A stretch of 64,000 nt of DNA from an uncultured virus (IMG/VR IMGVR_UViG_3300027863_000003) (taxonomy: Duplodnaviria; Heunggongvirae; Uroviricota; Caudoviricetes): IMG/VR virus record IMGVR_UViG_3300027863_000003. One strand, 5' to 3'. Position numbers and translations under genes: made by a program. A model generated the notes under the pieces. That model worked only from the letters and a program-made list of their open reading frames with translations, searched no databases and was not told the origin of the DNA. Positions 17,044 through 26,653 of the stretch are shown here, piece after piece (the stretch's first letter is position 1; each line of letters begins with the position of its first letter).

Positions 17044-18074
17044 ACAGGTACGTCATCAGATGTTTCAGCGATGCCCAAATCATTTTCCACGTTTTTGATT
17101 TGGTTTAAAATTGAAAGCCACTTTGAATAGGCAACGCATTGCTTTTCGTAATGCCAGTTGGCCGGCTCTAATACGGGTTGAACAAGCGTCCAGCCATTCA
17201 AAACCTGGCAACCCAAATCGTAGTCTGGCCAGTCGTTGGTTTTCAGGCACAGGCAATAAAGAGAAAGCGCCGACACGTAAATGTCCCAACCCATCAGAAT
17301 GAATTCGGCGGATAATAACCGCTTGGCCGTTTGATATGGCGGAGTGTTTTCCTGAATCACATGCAGAAATGAATCGCGCTCCTGGCCGGTCGCCGCGTTC
17401 CACATGTCCAACTCCATGGCGGCTTGAACATGGTAATTGTATTTGAAAATCTCCCGTTGCCAGTAATCCAGCCTTGCGAAGCTTGTTGTTTTTAAATCAG
17501 CGAGACTGTTTTTGTACCTTGAACTGTTGCGCGGCGCGAGGTCAATCAAGGTTTTGACGGGCACGTTGATGCCCGTGTTTTTATCATGATAAGTGCCCAC
17601 AATCATGACCTGGCAATTGGATTCGCGGCGCAATTGCCTGATGTCTTTATCTGCGTGCAGGGCGGCCAGCGCCTTTTCAATTTCGGCCCATTCATCGGCT
17701 TTGAGCGGGATTTTGCCTTCAGCCAAAGCCTTGTCACGCAATGCAGCGCGTTCTTTTGAGCGCCAATCCCACTCCTTTTCTTCGCTTGTTTTGGAATCAA
17801 CATACTTTGCCGGCGCGATGAAAAAAGCGTTTTTGCCATGAAACCATGCGGTATCAATTTGGGTGCCGTATGCTTGGCTTTTGGTTGGCTCTGGCGGTTG
17901 GCTTTTCAGCCATTTCGCAGGGCATTGCCAGAATTTCATCAACTCCGTGCGGCTCATTACAAACCGCCTTGTGCCCTTGCGATGCTTGTTGCCAAAGGCA
18001 AGATACTTGGCCGTTTCAACATTGCGCCCGACAATACGGGCTTTTACGAATGGATTTGGTCTTTCGTTTTCCAT
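17040..18074 (-). CDS. PD-(D/E)XK exonuclease (RecE/exonuclease VIII C-terminal-like)
   Basis: MSRTEL...CPAKW, GT-ID, KTLID, DLKTT, YHVQAA. Confidence 0.8.
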   Translation of the reverse strand: MENERPNPFVKARIVGRNVETAKYLAFGNKHRKGTRRFVMSRTELMKFWQCPAKWLKSQPPEPTKSQAYGTQIDTAWFHGKNAFFIAPAKYVDSKTSEEKEWDWRSKERAALRDKALAEGKIPLKADEWAEIEKALAALHADKDIRQLRRESNCQVMIVGTYHDKNTGINVPVKTLIDLAPRNSSRYKNSLADLKTTSFARLDYWQREIFKYNYHVQAAMELDMWNAATGQERDSFLHVIQENTPPYQTAKRLLSAEFILMGWDIYVSALSLYCLCLKTNDWPDYDLGCQVLNGWTLVQPVLEPANWHYEKQCVAYSKWLSILNQIKNVENDLGIAETSDDVPV

Positions 18075-18075
18075 T

Positions 18076-19155
18076 TTAGTTTTCGTTTAAAATGATGTCG
18101 GTTTTATCAATTACAACTTTCAATTCTTCAACTGTCAAATTCACCACCTTTTTATCGGTGATTTTGTTCTTCACCAAGAACTCCTCCACTTTCAGCCAGT
18201 TTTTCTCCGGCCCCCGAATATTTGCACACATCTTCCAAAGCTTGGCCATCAACTGCTTCTTTTCATCGTTCATTACGGGTGATTCAGGCTGAACTTGGGG
18301 AGTGCTGGCGGGTTTTTCCTGAGCAACATCGAAATTGGGGTTTTGAACCCATTTCTTCACGGCTTCAATATGCTTGAACGACAATTGTTCGTCGTTCGGC
18401 AAAAGTTTTAATAGCGCAGGGTGGGTGTATTTGGTGCAGCCAGGAACCCCCACGAACTGGCAAAAGCCCCCCTGCGCAAATCCGTTTTCGTCCTTCGCAT
18501 AAACGCGCCCCACCGCAATAGCCGTTCGCGTTATGCCACTTTCCTGAATCGGGGTATCGTAATCCGACAACTTTTTGGTCGTCGGATTCCATTTACGTTT
18601 CGCTTGAAAAACCAAAACGGCATTCACTCCCAACTGCTCAACGTGATGAACCAGTTTGGTGTGTGTGAATGGTTTTACATGCGCGGCCGCTGCTTGAAGG
18701 TAACGGTCGCGAAGTTCTTCGCGCCCGCCGGTCATCTCATCAATCTTTTCTTCCTTCAAGTCGAGGTAGCCCCCCGCTGAATCCCATGCCTGCGTCAATA
18801 TGTCATAAATTATGACGCTGCAACCTGATTCGACCAAAAGATTGCCGGCAGCAACAACACGCAACGGATGGAAGGGCGGCCCGATGTGAATGAATTTGAA
18901 TCGGCTCTTGAACGAATCCTTGGGTTTGCCGTAATAATTGGCCGCCAATTCGCAGGCCAAATCCACGGCAATAGGCCCCCTTGACGCTTCGCCGTCAATG
19001 AAGCCGATTGGACTTTTTTCATCCGCAAGTGCAATGGCTGTAATCGCGGCGCTTGTTGATTTACCGGAGCCAATTTCGCCAAACAAACCAATCTTGATGC
19101 ACATTGGTTTGATGTTTGCGGTTTCGATGAGAAGCTCCCCCTTAAACTTGCTCAT
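18076..19155 (-). CDS. AAA/P-loop ATPase, probable Sak4-like recombination partner
   Basis: GEIGSGKS, IDGE, IIYDILTQAW; adjacent to the exonuclease; start uncertain. Confidence 0.7.
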   Translation of the reverse strand: MSKFKGELLIETANIKPMCIKIGLFGEIGSGKSTSAAITAIALADEKSPIGFIDGEASRGPIAVDLACELAANYYGKPKDSFKSRFKFIHIGPPFHPLRVVAAGNLLVESGCSVIIYDILTQAWDSAGGYLDLKEEKIDEMTGGREELRDRYLQAAAAHVKPFTHTKLVHHVEQLGVNAVLVFQAKRKWNPTTKKLSDYDTPIQESGITRTAIAVGRVYAKDENGFAQGGFCQFVGVPGCTKYTHPALLKLLPNDEQLSFKHIEAVKKWVQNPNFDVAQEKPASTPQVQPESPVMNDEKKQLMAKLWKMCANIRGPEKNWLKVEEFLVKNKITDKKVVNLTVEELKVVIDKTDIILNEN

Positions 19156-19211
19156 TTCTTTTTGCCAGTTCATAATTTTATCGCAATTCAGTGGCAGCCT
19201 ACCGCTATCCT

Positions 19212-19583
19212 TTATTTTTGCAACGACAATTTTTCGCAATTATTGCAAAGTTTTTGCAACTCAGTTTCGGTCATGGCACGGTTGCGGCCCCATGTGATTA
19301 TCTCCCAAAGTTCATTTAAAAGGTCAGGCTGAAACACTGCGCACCACAAAAACCAAATGCTTCGCTTCTGTGCCGTTTGAAGCCTGCTTTTTGTGGTCAT
19401 GCCCAGCCCCACAAGCGCCTCCTGCTTTACACCGGTTAGAATGCTAATCAGCCTTGTTTTGACGCCCGCGTTGTTCAGTGATTTTACCAGAAGGGCGACT
19501 TCATCATCGGAGAGCCTGAATTGTTCTTCAAGTATTTCCAGTCGGGTCAATTCAAAGCCAGTTAAATTCGACAACGGTTTCAT
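19212..19583 (-). CDS. hypothetical, possible HTH regulator
   Basis: First gene of the leftward block, at a divergence point. Confidence 0.5.
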   Translation of the reverse strand: MKPLSNLTGFELTRLEILEEQFRLSDDEVALLVKSLNNAGVKTRLISILTGVKQEALVGLGMTTKSRLQTAQKRSIWFLWCAVFQPDLLNELWEIITWGRNRAMTETELQKLCNNCEKLSLQK

Positions 19584-19627
19584 GTTTCAACCTTGCATCT
19601 GGATTGTAAATGTGTCAAATGTTAAGT

Positions 19628-20035
19628 ATGAAAAGGATTTGGATGCGATATTTGCAAAAGCATCTGCCTACGGTTGAATTTATCATTTGTCTGGCACTGG
19701 CGGGTTGGGCTTTGAGCAAGTCCAATAATCCAATCAAAAATCTTTGGAACGCCGGAACGAATGTAGTGCTCACGCTTTTCGGCGGGCGCAACAAGAAGGT
19801 GGGCAAAGACCTTTGGGAGAAAAGATTGGCCAAATGCGCTGGTTGTCCGGTGTTTTATGCGCCGCTGCGTAGCTGCGGCTCGCCTTTGGTTCAGGGCAAA
19901 TACACCGGCTGTTATTGTCACATGCCCACAAAAGCGCGTTATGAGTGTGATTGCTGGGCATACGAATCCAATGCCTGGATAAATTTGGTTCCCAATTGCT
20001 GGCCGCCCAGCTACAATTCATTTTATGGCAAATGA
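19628..20035 (+). CDS. Cys-rich hypothetical protein
   Basis: CAGCP...CG...GCYC...C-C; hydrophobic N-terminal segment. Confidence 0.6.
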   Translation: MKRIWMRYLQKHLPTVEFIICLALAGWALSKSNNPIKNLWNAGTNVVLTLFGGRNKKVGKDLWEKRLAKCAGCPVFYAPLRSCGSPLVQGKYTGCYCHMPTKARYECDCWAYESNAWINLVPNCWPPSYNSFYGK

Positions 20036-20507
20036 GAATCAGTTAATCAAACCCGAATCATTGGCTGCGCTTACAACCGAGCCGCCGGATGTAAGCGAAA
20101 GGAAAGCTCTGGCAGCAGCCAAGGCCATTGGCCTGCCTGAGAATGCAATTGCAAAAATACAGAACAAGGAAACCTTTGCTGAATGGGTCTCATCAAAAGC
20201 GGTTGGCGTGATGCAGGCTCATGCGATTGGCAACATCGAAAGGGCTGAAAAACTGGCTCAGAAAATCAGCGAGATGATTGAGAGAACGGATAGTGTCCCT
20301 GAGCTTGCTGAATTGACGGCCAGCCTTGAGGCTGTCTCACGCATTCAACTTTCCTGGGCGCGCGAGGCGGTTAAGGGGGCCGAAGTACGTGGGAGTGCCA
20401 AGAGACAAACCAAACAGAAAAGCATTGCTCCACAACTATTTGCTGACAAGATGCAGGTTGTCATATCGCCAAGTACAGAATCAGGCTCTGGAAAAGATGC
20501 AAGTTGA
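20025..20507 (+). CDS. helical hypothetical protein (possible terminase small subunit)
   Basis: 160-aa helical ORF; the terminase guess rests on size and position only. Confidence 0.5.
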   Translation: MANENQLIKPESLAALTTEPPDVSERKALAAAKAIGLPENAIAKIQNKETFAEWVSSKAVGVMQAHAIGNIERAEKLAQKISEMIERTDSVPELAELTASLEAVSRIQLSWAREAVKGAEVRGSAKRQTKQKSIAPQLFADKMQVVISPSTESGSGKDAS

Positions 20508-20530
20508 TAGATAAGGGGTAAATTTGAATC

Positions 20531-20836
20531 ATGAGCGAGACAACAAATAGTAACGGCAACGGAAATGGAAAGTTCCTAGTTAAAATAAACTGGGGCCGAT
20601 TGGGCACGATTATTTCCGTGATAACGCCGATTGCTTTTGTCATTTATTTCTTTGTACTGTTTCCATATCGCTTGGCCGCTCTGGAAAGCCAAGTAAAAGA
20701 ACAGCAGCAGATTATTGATAACATCAGGGTATCAATGGCCAAGCTTGAATTGAGCCTGGCCAAAATTGAAGCGAATACAGTGGCCATCAAAGAATCACTT
20801 GAAAGACATGAGCGATTGTTGTATCCTTTGAAATGA
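20531..20836 (+). CDS. single-TM coiled-coil membrane protein (holin/antiholin-like)
   Basis: TM segment LGTIISVITPIAFVIYFFVLF, then coiled coil. Confidence 0.6.
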   Translation: MSETTNSNGNGNGKFLVKINWGRLGTIISVITPIAFVIYFFVLFPYRLAALESQVKEQQQIIDNIRVSMAKLELSLAKIEANTVAIKESLERHERLLYPLK

Positions 20837-21159
20837 TGAAAGTGAAACTGATAATTCTGTTGGCTGTTGCGGCCACATTCAGTGGTTTCGCACAGGAAAC
20901 TGGGACATCAACTGACGCTCAGGCTCCATCTTGGGTTTATGATTTGGTGGTCAAATATCCGGTTGTTGCCACAATTTTGATTGCAATTGGGGCATTGCGC
21001 CTGGCCTTGAAGCCGGTCTTCACCATTTGGCATCAGGTTGTCGAAAGCACACCGGACACCAAAGATGATGAATTTTTGGCGAAAGTCGAAAATTCAAAAA
21101 TTCTAAAAGCAATTGTTTATGTGCTTGATTGGCTTGCCAGCGTCAAATTAGTTAAATGA
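20833..21159 (+). CDS. holin-like membrane protein with signal peptide
   Basis: N-terminal signal, TM helix, TP-TKDDE-L-KV motif. Confidence 0.55.
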   Translation: MMKVKLIILLAVAATFSGFAQETGTSTDAQAPSWVYDLVVKYPVVATILIAIGALRLALKPVFTIWHQVVESTPDTKDDEFLAKVENSKILKAIVYVLDWLASVKLVK

Positions 21160-21467
21160 GCTGGTTGACAATCATCGGCAACTTGCTGCGTGCAGTTGCG
21201 GCGTATTTGGAATTGCGACTGGTCAGTGCGCGATGGCGATTGGCGAAAGAGATTGCGGAATACTATGATAACCAACAGGATGAAATTGATAAGCTGCGCC
21301 GTTCTACTGATGACATTGACCATATTCGGGCCGACAGGCTGCGCCAGCGGATTATTCGGCTCGAAGCCATCGCCACCGTACAACATTTATCAACCCAGGG
21401 TACTGGTGCTGAAAGCGGGGACGAAAGTGGAAACGGTGGCGGGAACGTACGTGGCCCAGAAAAATGA
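21156..21467 (+). CDS. putative i-spanin (Rz-like)
   Basis: Hydrophobic N-terminus and coiled coil; overlapped by a lipoprotein ORF. Confidence 0.4.
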   Translation: MSWLTIIGNLLRAVAAYLELRLVSARWRLAKEIAEYYDNQQDEIDKLRRSTDDIDHIRADRLRQRIIRLEAIATVQHLSTQGTGAESGDESGNGGGNVRGPEK

Positions 21468-21558
21468 AATCTGGCACAGCGCAACAGCTTACTCTGAGTT
21501 GGAGGCTCAGGTAATCAATCTTGCCGCCGCACTGGCCGAATGCCAGGCACGCAAGTGA
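21280..21558 (+). CDS. putative lipoprotein, o-spanin (Rz1-like)
   Basis: MKLISCAVLLMTLTIFGPTG-C lipobox-like signal, in the +1 frame overlapping 21156..21467. Confidence 0.5.
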   Translation: MKLISCAVLLMTLTIFGPTGCASGLFGSKPSPPYNIYQPRVLVLKAGTKVETVAGTYVAQKNEIWHSATAYSELEAQVINLAAALAECQARK

Positions 21559-21806
21559 TTCGGGCAACGCGCCGTTTTCCTGAATGTTGCCAGTGCGTTC
21601 AGGGGTGTTTCCGGCGCGTTGCCTATTTCTTTTTCTTGCGTAACTTGCTCAAAATGAGCGCAAGTCGCGCCCGCCGTCCTGTTACTCCAGAATCGTGCTG
21701 GTGCGCCTGTGCAAAAGCCATTGTGCTCATGCCGGCACGTTGAGCGGCCTGTTTCAGCGCGCCCTTCCTCTTGATTGCATTTTGAATCCAATTTGCCATA
21801 TATCAT
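21507..21806 (-). CDS. small Cys-containing hypothetical protein
   Basis: ATGA overlap with the terminase stop; CRH...C...CAHF. Confidence 0.45.
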   Translation of the reverse strand: MIYGKLDSKCNQEEGRAETGRSTCRHEHNGFCTGAPARFWSNRTAGATCAHFEQVTQEKEIGNAPETPLNALATFRKTARCPNHLRAWHSASAAARLIT

Positions 21807-23446
21807 CCCATATTTGTTACTATTATACTACCACTCGCAGGGTTTTTGCCAACTCGAATTTGCCTTACTGAAGTCATCATCTCGTTCCAGGCTTCCATGC
21901 AAATGGCGTAGGACAAGGCGTCGAATGAATGTTTGAGAGGAGATGCCTTGTCAATTTTGCCGGCCCTGGTTCGTCGAAAGCTTTCAAACATTTCGATTAG
22001 ATGCTGGCAACGCGGGCCGGAAATAAAAAGCCTGTCCTGATGCAACAGCCGCGTGATGAAATCAACACGGGATTCAATATCGCCCTTCTGGCATTTTTGA
22101 AGAACAATGCGGCCATTTGAAAACCGGTAAATCTCCTTGGACTCATACGAATCGGCAATGTTTTTGTAATCGAATGCCGATGTATCAGACCAATGACGCC
22201 ACAAAGCTTTCCGGCCCAACTGTTGCTCCCAGAAATCCATGATTTCCATGATTTCCTCGGTTATTTCCTTCAGGGACAATTCCTGATTGATGGAAACGAA
22301 TTCATCCAAAACCTTGAACGCCACCTCAATCCGGGGCTTGCCATTCTCAATTTGGTCAGGGTATTCAATCTGGATTTTCTCAATCGGCCCGATAACAGCG
22401 TGGTTGCGCACGCTGCCAATATCCCAGCCCATGATGAAAGTTGTGGTGTTTTCTTCCGGCAACATGATTGTATCTTCCAACTCTCTATCAGGCTTGGCGA
22501 AATCAACTGATTTGCCGCCGATAATATGGACGGTTGGTTTCCAGACTTTGGCAAAGATGGCTTCTGAAGTGGCGCGCACCCATTGGCCCAAGTAGAAACG
22601 ACGGTACAAATCGGGATTATGCGCGTACTTGGCCTGTTGCGCGGCTTTCTGTTCATCCGAGATAAATGCATTATCGCCGACATGAATTTCGTGTACGGAC
22701 AATTCTTTCTGGAGATTCCGAAGGTTCGCCAGCATTTTAGTCCGCGCAACTCCCTGAATATCTTTCAGGTTCAAATACTCCTCATCCTCAGGCTCAAGGT
22801 GGTCAAGGTTAAGTTTCCTGAAATAATACCACAACTTGTAAATCCACGAATCTTCGCCTTCATCGGCGGGATTGGTGTCAGAAATGAATTTGTGTTGTTC
22901 AGGAGTCAAATGCATACAACGCAGGCATTCCTGAAGAACGTCGAATGTATGCCGGCGTTTGAAGTTTGAAAGCTCGGTCATCCAGATGAGTGAAAAACGG
23001 CGGTTACGGTAACGTTCGACTTCTGATTCATCTTTAAGCGAATCCAGATACATGCGCGAAATACCGCCTTGCTCGCCGAGTTCGGGAAAGTATTGGTTTG
23101 TTACCTCGAAATAATACCTGTGACTTACAGGCTCCATTTTAACTGGCCCGCGCCTCACGTCCTTGTAATAAAATTCCATGCCGAAATCGGCTTCAAACCA
23201 CTGGGGTAAAATGGTGTTAATCAAATCCGACCATGCGCCTTCATTGAGGTTGTCGCCGATTGACCGGCCAATCATGACACCGCGTGCTCCCGGCGTCTTC
23301 CAAAGATGCCAGGCAACGGCGTGCAAACACGCAACAGTTTTGCCGGAATACCGTGGCCCGCTGACAAGGACGTAACGTTTTGGGTCAGTGATAACGGCCA
23401 TCTGTTTTGGAAATACATTTGGCACCCATGCTTTTTTCTCTTCCAT
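21803..23446 (-). CDS. terL: terminase large subunit
   Basis: FPKQ adenine-binding motif, SGPRYSGKT Walker A, LIWMTE Walker B, DTNP, GWDIG and H-FDALSY nuclease motifs. Confidence 0.9.
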   Translation of the reverse strand: MEEKKAWVPNVFPKQMAVITDPKRYVLVSGPRYSGKTVACLHAVAWHLWKTPGARGVMIGRSIGDNLNEGAWSDLINTILPQWFEADFGMEFYYKDVRRGPVKMEPVSHRYYFEVTNQYFPELGEQGGISRMYLDSLKDESEVERYRNRRFSLIWMTELSNFKRRHTFDVLQECLRCMHLTPEQHKFISDTNPADEGEDSWIYKLWYYFRKLNLDHLEPEDEEYLNLKDIQGVARTKMLANLRNLQKELSVHEIHVGDNAFISDEQKAAQQAKYAHNPDLYRRFYLGQWVRATSEAIFAKVWKPTVHIIGGKSVDFAKPDRELEDTIMLPEENTTTFIMGWDIGSVRNHAVIGPIEKIQIEYPDQIENGKPRIEVAFKVLDEFVSINQELSLKEITEEIMEIMDFWEQQLGRKALWRHWSDTSAFDYKNIADSYESKEIYRFSNGRIVLQKCQKGDIESRVDFITRLLHQDRLFISGPRCQHLIEMFESFRRTRAGKIDKASPLKHSFDALSYAICMEAWNEMMTSVRQIRVGKNPASGSIIVTNMG

Positions 23447-23493
23447 AACCGTTGACTACCAATTGACATTATGGTAGCTTCATTCAAAAGTCA

Positions 23494-23889
23494 ATGATTG
23501 AGGTGTATATGAAAGAAACGAATGACGAATTGGATTTGAGTTACACACCGCCCAGCGGCCTTGTTTTTAATGAGGAAATGGAGCCAAGGAAAAAGAAAAA
23601 ATCAGAGCCATATTACCCGCGTTTGGATTTGCATTTCGATGCAGCCGACAATTTCGTGAAGAAATTTGGCGAACCCAAGTTGGGTGAAGTGATTGAAATG
23701 ACAATCAAGGCAAGGTGCACGGAAGTCAGCAGGCGCAAATTAAGAGGCCAATCCAATACCGATAGCCAAATCTGTTTTGATGTTCTTTCAATAGTCGGTG
23801 ATAGTGTCGAAGAGGCATCGGAAGAGACCGAAACAAAGGAAGAAGAGGAAGAGGCAAAGGAAAAGGAATCCAATGGCGAAAAATACTAG
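23494..23889 (+). CDS. acidic hypothetical protein
   Basis: 131-aa ORF, first gene of the rightward structural block. Confidence 0.65.
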   Translation: MIEVYMKETNDELDLSYTPPSGLVFNEEMEPRKKKKSEPYYPRLDLHFDAADNFVKKFGEPKLGEVIEMTIKARCTEVSRRKLRGQSNTDSQICFDVLSIVGDSVEEASEETETKEEEEEAKEKESNGEKY

Positions 23890-26311
23890 TTCAAAAGAGA
23901 TAGGCGCAAGTTTCGTTCAAGCCATTGGTGATGCGCTTGGTATCACCAGAAAGGAGCCTACTGGCGGCAAGCGCGCCTACAAATCAATCACCAGCGATAA
24001 GCTGAAGCAAATCTTCACCAAGGACAGGGAGCAACTTGAAGGCAAGCAAAAGGAGTTTTACGACCTCATTGTTGACCGGATTGCCCAGGCGCGAATGGAT
24101 AGCCTGAAGGATTGGCGGGTTTACGGAGCCATAGATGAAGCATGGAATGTTCCATTCAGCCAAATCACGCCAACTATAATCCGCAAAATCATATCGTCAG
24201 CCAAAAATCCTGAGGACGTCCGGCAGCAATTGAAAATATGGGGATTATCAGAAGAAACTCTCTTCACCATCACCGTGAATGATAAAAAAGAAAAGGAATA
24301 CATCCTGAACACGGACACTTTTTTCAGGGTTTTCGTTCCGATTGTAAAGGCGTATGTCACGGCGCGTGCAGGCAAGATTTTCAATGATTTGGATAATGAC
24401 CCGTTCTTTGTTTACCAACCCGTTCACACAACTGAAGCATTTGAATTGATTGGCGAGATTCTGACCAACTTGATTGGCCGCCAGATGGTTGAAAATTGCG
24501 GCCTCAAGGCGGTTGTTAAATCGGCTATTCTGCACGCCATCAAATACGGGTGGTGCATCACGTTCCCCGCTGAAGCATGGTATTACGAGGAAGATTTTGA
24601 TGACGAAGGCAAAACCTACACCAAGAAAGAAGGATTACGCTACAACATCCCGCACCCAACAAGATGTGCTTTCGACAAAACCTATCGTCCGGCAACAATC
24701 AATTCTGATACAGGCTGTGAGTGGGCTTGTTATTGGGACATCATGAAGTATGGCAGCATTACAAGGGAGCCATACTACAACACTGACAAGGTAACGTACG
24801 GGAAAAACTGGTTCGACCCGCAGATAAGTCACGGGTATTTTCAGGAGATGTATCCCTGCGTGATTTCGCCACCCGATTTTGTCGGCGGCTGGACTAACAA
24901 TCGGCAAATTGAATCTCAGCGATACACGACAAACGAAAAGGACAAGGCGGTTTTCGTGAGCAATTTGTTCATGAAAGTTATCCCCAAGGATTGGGGGCTT
25001 GCTGATGTTTCAACACCCGTTTGGATTAGGTTTGTTGTTGCCAATGACGACACAGTAATTTGGGCTGAACCATTACCGTATTGCCCGTTGGTCTATTGGA
25101 GTGGCGATTCTGATGATGGCCTTTCGTTGAACCCGTCCTTTGCGCTTGAATGTTTGCCCTGGCAGGATTTGGTGGGGAACATTCTGATGCAGCACATAAT
25201 CACCATTCGGCAAAACCTGATGAAGGTAATCCGGTACGATGTCCGGCAGGTTTCAGAATCACAAATCCGCGAAATAGAAGCCAAACACAAGGATGCAACA
25301 GCCTGCATTTGGTTTCCGTATGATTCGATGCGCCAGCAGGCGGAGGGGCTTAATCCGGCGGAGATGTTCCAGCCAATCAATTTTCAATACCAAGACACCA
25401 CCCAATTGATTTCAATTCTCAACACCGTTTTCAACATCATGGAGCGCGCCCTGAACATGAGCGCCCAGGAACTGGGAACAACTGCGGGGCATATTCAAAC
25501 GGCGGAGGAGGTTCGGATTATCAACCAAAACACAAGCGGGCGCGTTCAGTACATCGAAACTTTCATTTACGACGCCATAGCGGCCATGAAACGGCAGCTT
25601 TATGAGGCATCCCTTGAATTCATGGACGAAGAATTCGCCGCGGAAGTGAATGCCGTCCCGTTGCCCAAGCTCGATATGTTGAGGGAAGCGTTGGGTTTCA
25701 AATTCACATGGCCTCCCTACAGGGGGAAGATTGTGGTTAGCGGCGATAAACGGAAATTGTCTGTTGGCGGTTTCCTGTCGTCCCGCGAAGGCAATACGCG
25801 GCTGGCCAGTCCGCAAACTGCGCAGGTTATGCTTCAAACTATTCAAGCGGTTGTTGGCCAGCCTGAGCTTGCTCAGAAGATTGGCGTTGAATGGTTTGTT
25901 GCTATGTTCAATCGCATAGCCCGCATGATGGGGGCGCCTGACGATTTTGAGATTAAAATTTCGCCTGAAGCCGGCACGTTGGCGCAAATGCAGATGTTGG
26001 CGGGGCAACTCCAGCAGATGTCCCAGCAAATTGCCCAGGGCGCCGCGCAAATGGCGGCGCAACAAACTGCCCCCGCCATTCAACAGCAATCAGCCGCCAT
26101 TAGCCAGATAGCCGCCAAGGTTGGTGAAATAGAAAAGGCGCTGGGTGCTTTGGCCCAACAGAACAATCAGATTGACCAAGCGCAAGCCGAGCAAATCAAT
26201 CAAATTGCGCAGGCGGTCAAAAACCTTGGCACCATAATCACCGCGGCATCCAATGCCCCGGCCAGTCCGCCTGAGGCGCCCATGGTTCAAATGCCGATGC
26301 CGCCTCAATGA
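23873..26311 (+). CDS. portal protein
   Basis: ~810 aa, next to the terminase; QTAEEV motif and Gln-rich C-terminal coiled coil typical of podovirus portals. Confidence 0.75.
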   Translation: MAKNTSSKEIGASFVQAIGDALGITRKEPTGGKRAYKSITSDKLKQIFTKDREQLEGKQKEFYDLIVDRIAQARMDSLKDWRVYGAIDEAWNVPFSQITPTIIRKIISSAKNPEDVRQQLKIWGLSEETLFTITVNDKKEKEYILNTDTFFRVFVPIVKAYVTARAGKIFNDLDNDPFFVYQPVHTTEAFELIGEILTNLIGRQMVENCGLKAVVKSAILHAIKYGWCITFPAEAWYYEEDFDDEGKTYTKKEGLRYNIPHPTRCAFDKTYRPATINSDTGCEWACYWDIMKYGSITREPYYNTDKVTYGKNWFDPQISHGYFQEMYPCVISPPDFVGGWTNNRQIESQRYTTNEKDKAVFVSNLFMKVIPKDWGLADVSTPVWIRFVVANDDTVIWAEPLPYCPLVYWSGDSDDGLSLNPSFALECLPWQDLVGNILMQHIITIRQNLMKVIRYDVRQVSESQIREIEAKHKDATACIWFPYDSMRQQAEGLNPAEMFQPINFQYQDTTQLISILNTVFNIMERALNMSAQELGTTAGHIQTAEEVRIINQNTSGRVQYIETFIYDAIAAMKRQLYEASLEFMDEEFAAEVNAVPLPKLDMLREALGFKFTWPPYRGKIVVSGDKRKLSVGGFLSSREGNTRLASPQTAQVMLQTIQAVVGQPELAQKIGVEWFVAMFNRIARMMGAPDDFEIKISPEAGTLAQMQMLAGQLQQMSQQIAQGAAQMAAQQTAPAIQQQSAAISQIAAKVGEIEKALGALAQQNNQIDQAQAEQINQIAQAVKNLGTIITAASNAPASPPEAPMVQMPMPPQ

Positions 26312-26347
26312 AAAAAAGATTTGAACTCAAGTGATGGATAATGTAGA

Positions 26348-26650
26348 TTGAACTATATGGTAATTGAAAAAACACCACTAACTGAGGTGGAAATTCAAAA
26401 CTTACTGGCGCTTTTCCAGCACCCAGGAATGGAAATCCTACGCCGCGTGATTGAAAATCGCGCTGATTACCACAAAATTCTCGCTGGCTGTGATTTGGCG
26501 GATGCTCTCCTTGCGTATCCGAAAATAATGGATGCCGCCAATTCCAATGCACGCGCTGCCCTTGAATGGAAGACGTGTCAGGAGAGATTGGACATGATTT
26601 GGTCTGAGCTGGACAAGAAAACCGTAACCTTGAACAAAGTGCAAATCTAA
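26348..26650 (+). CDS. hypothetical protein
   Basis: Small ORF between the portal and scaffold genes. Confidence 0.6.
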   Translation: MNYMVIEKTPLTEVEIQNLLALFQHPGMEILRRVIENRADYHKILAGCDLADALLAYPKIMDAANSNARAALEWKTCQERLDMIWSELDKKTVTLNKVQI

Positions 26651-26653
26651 CCT

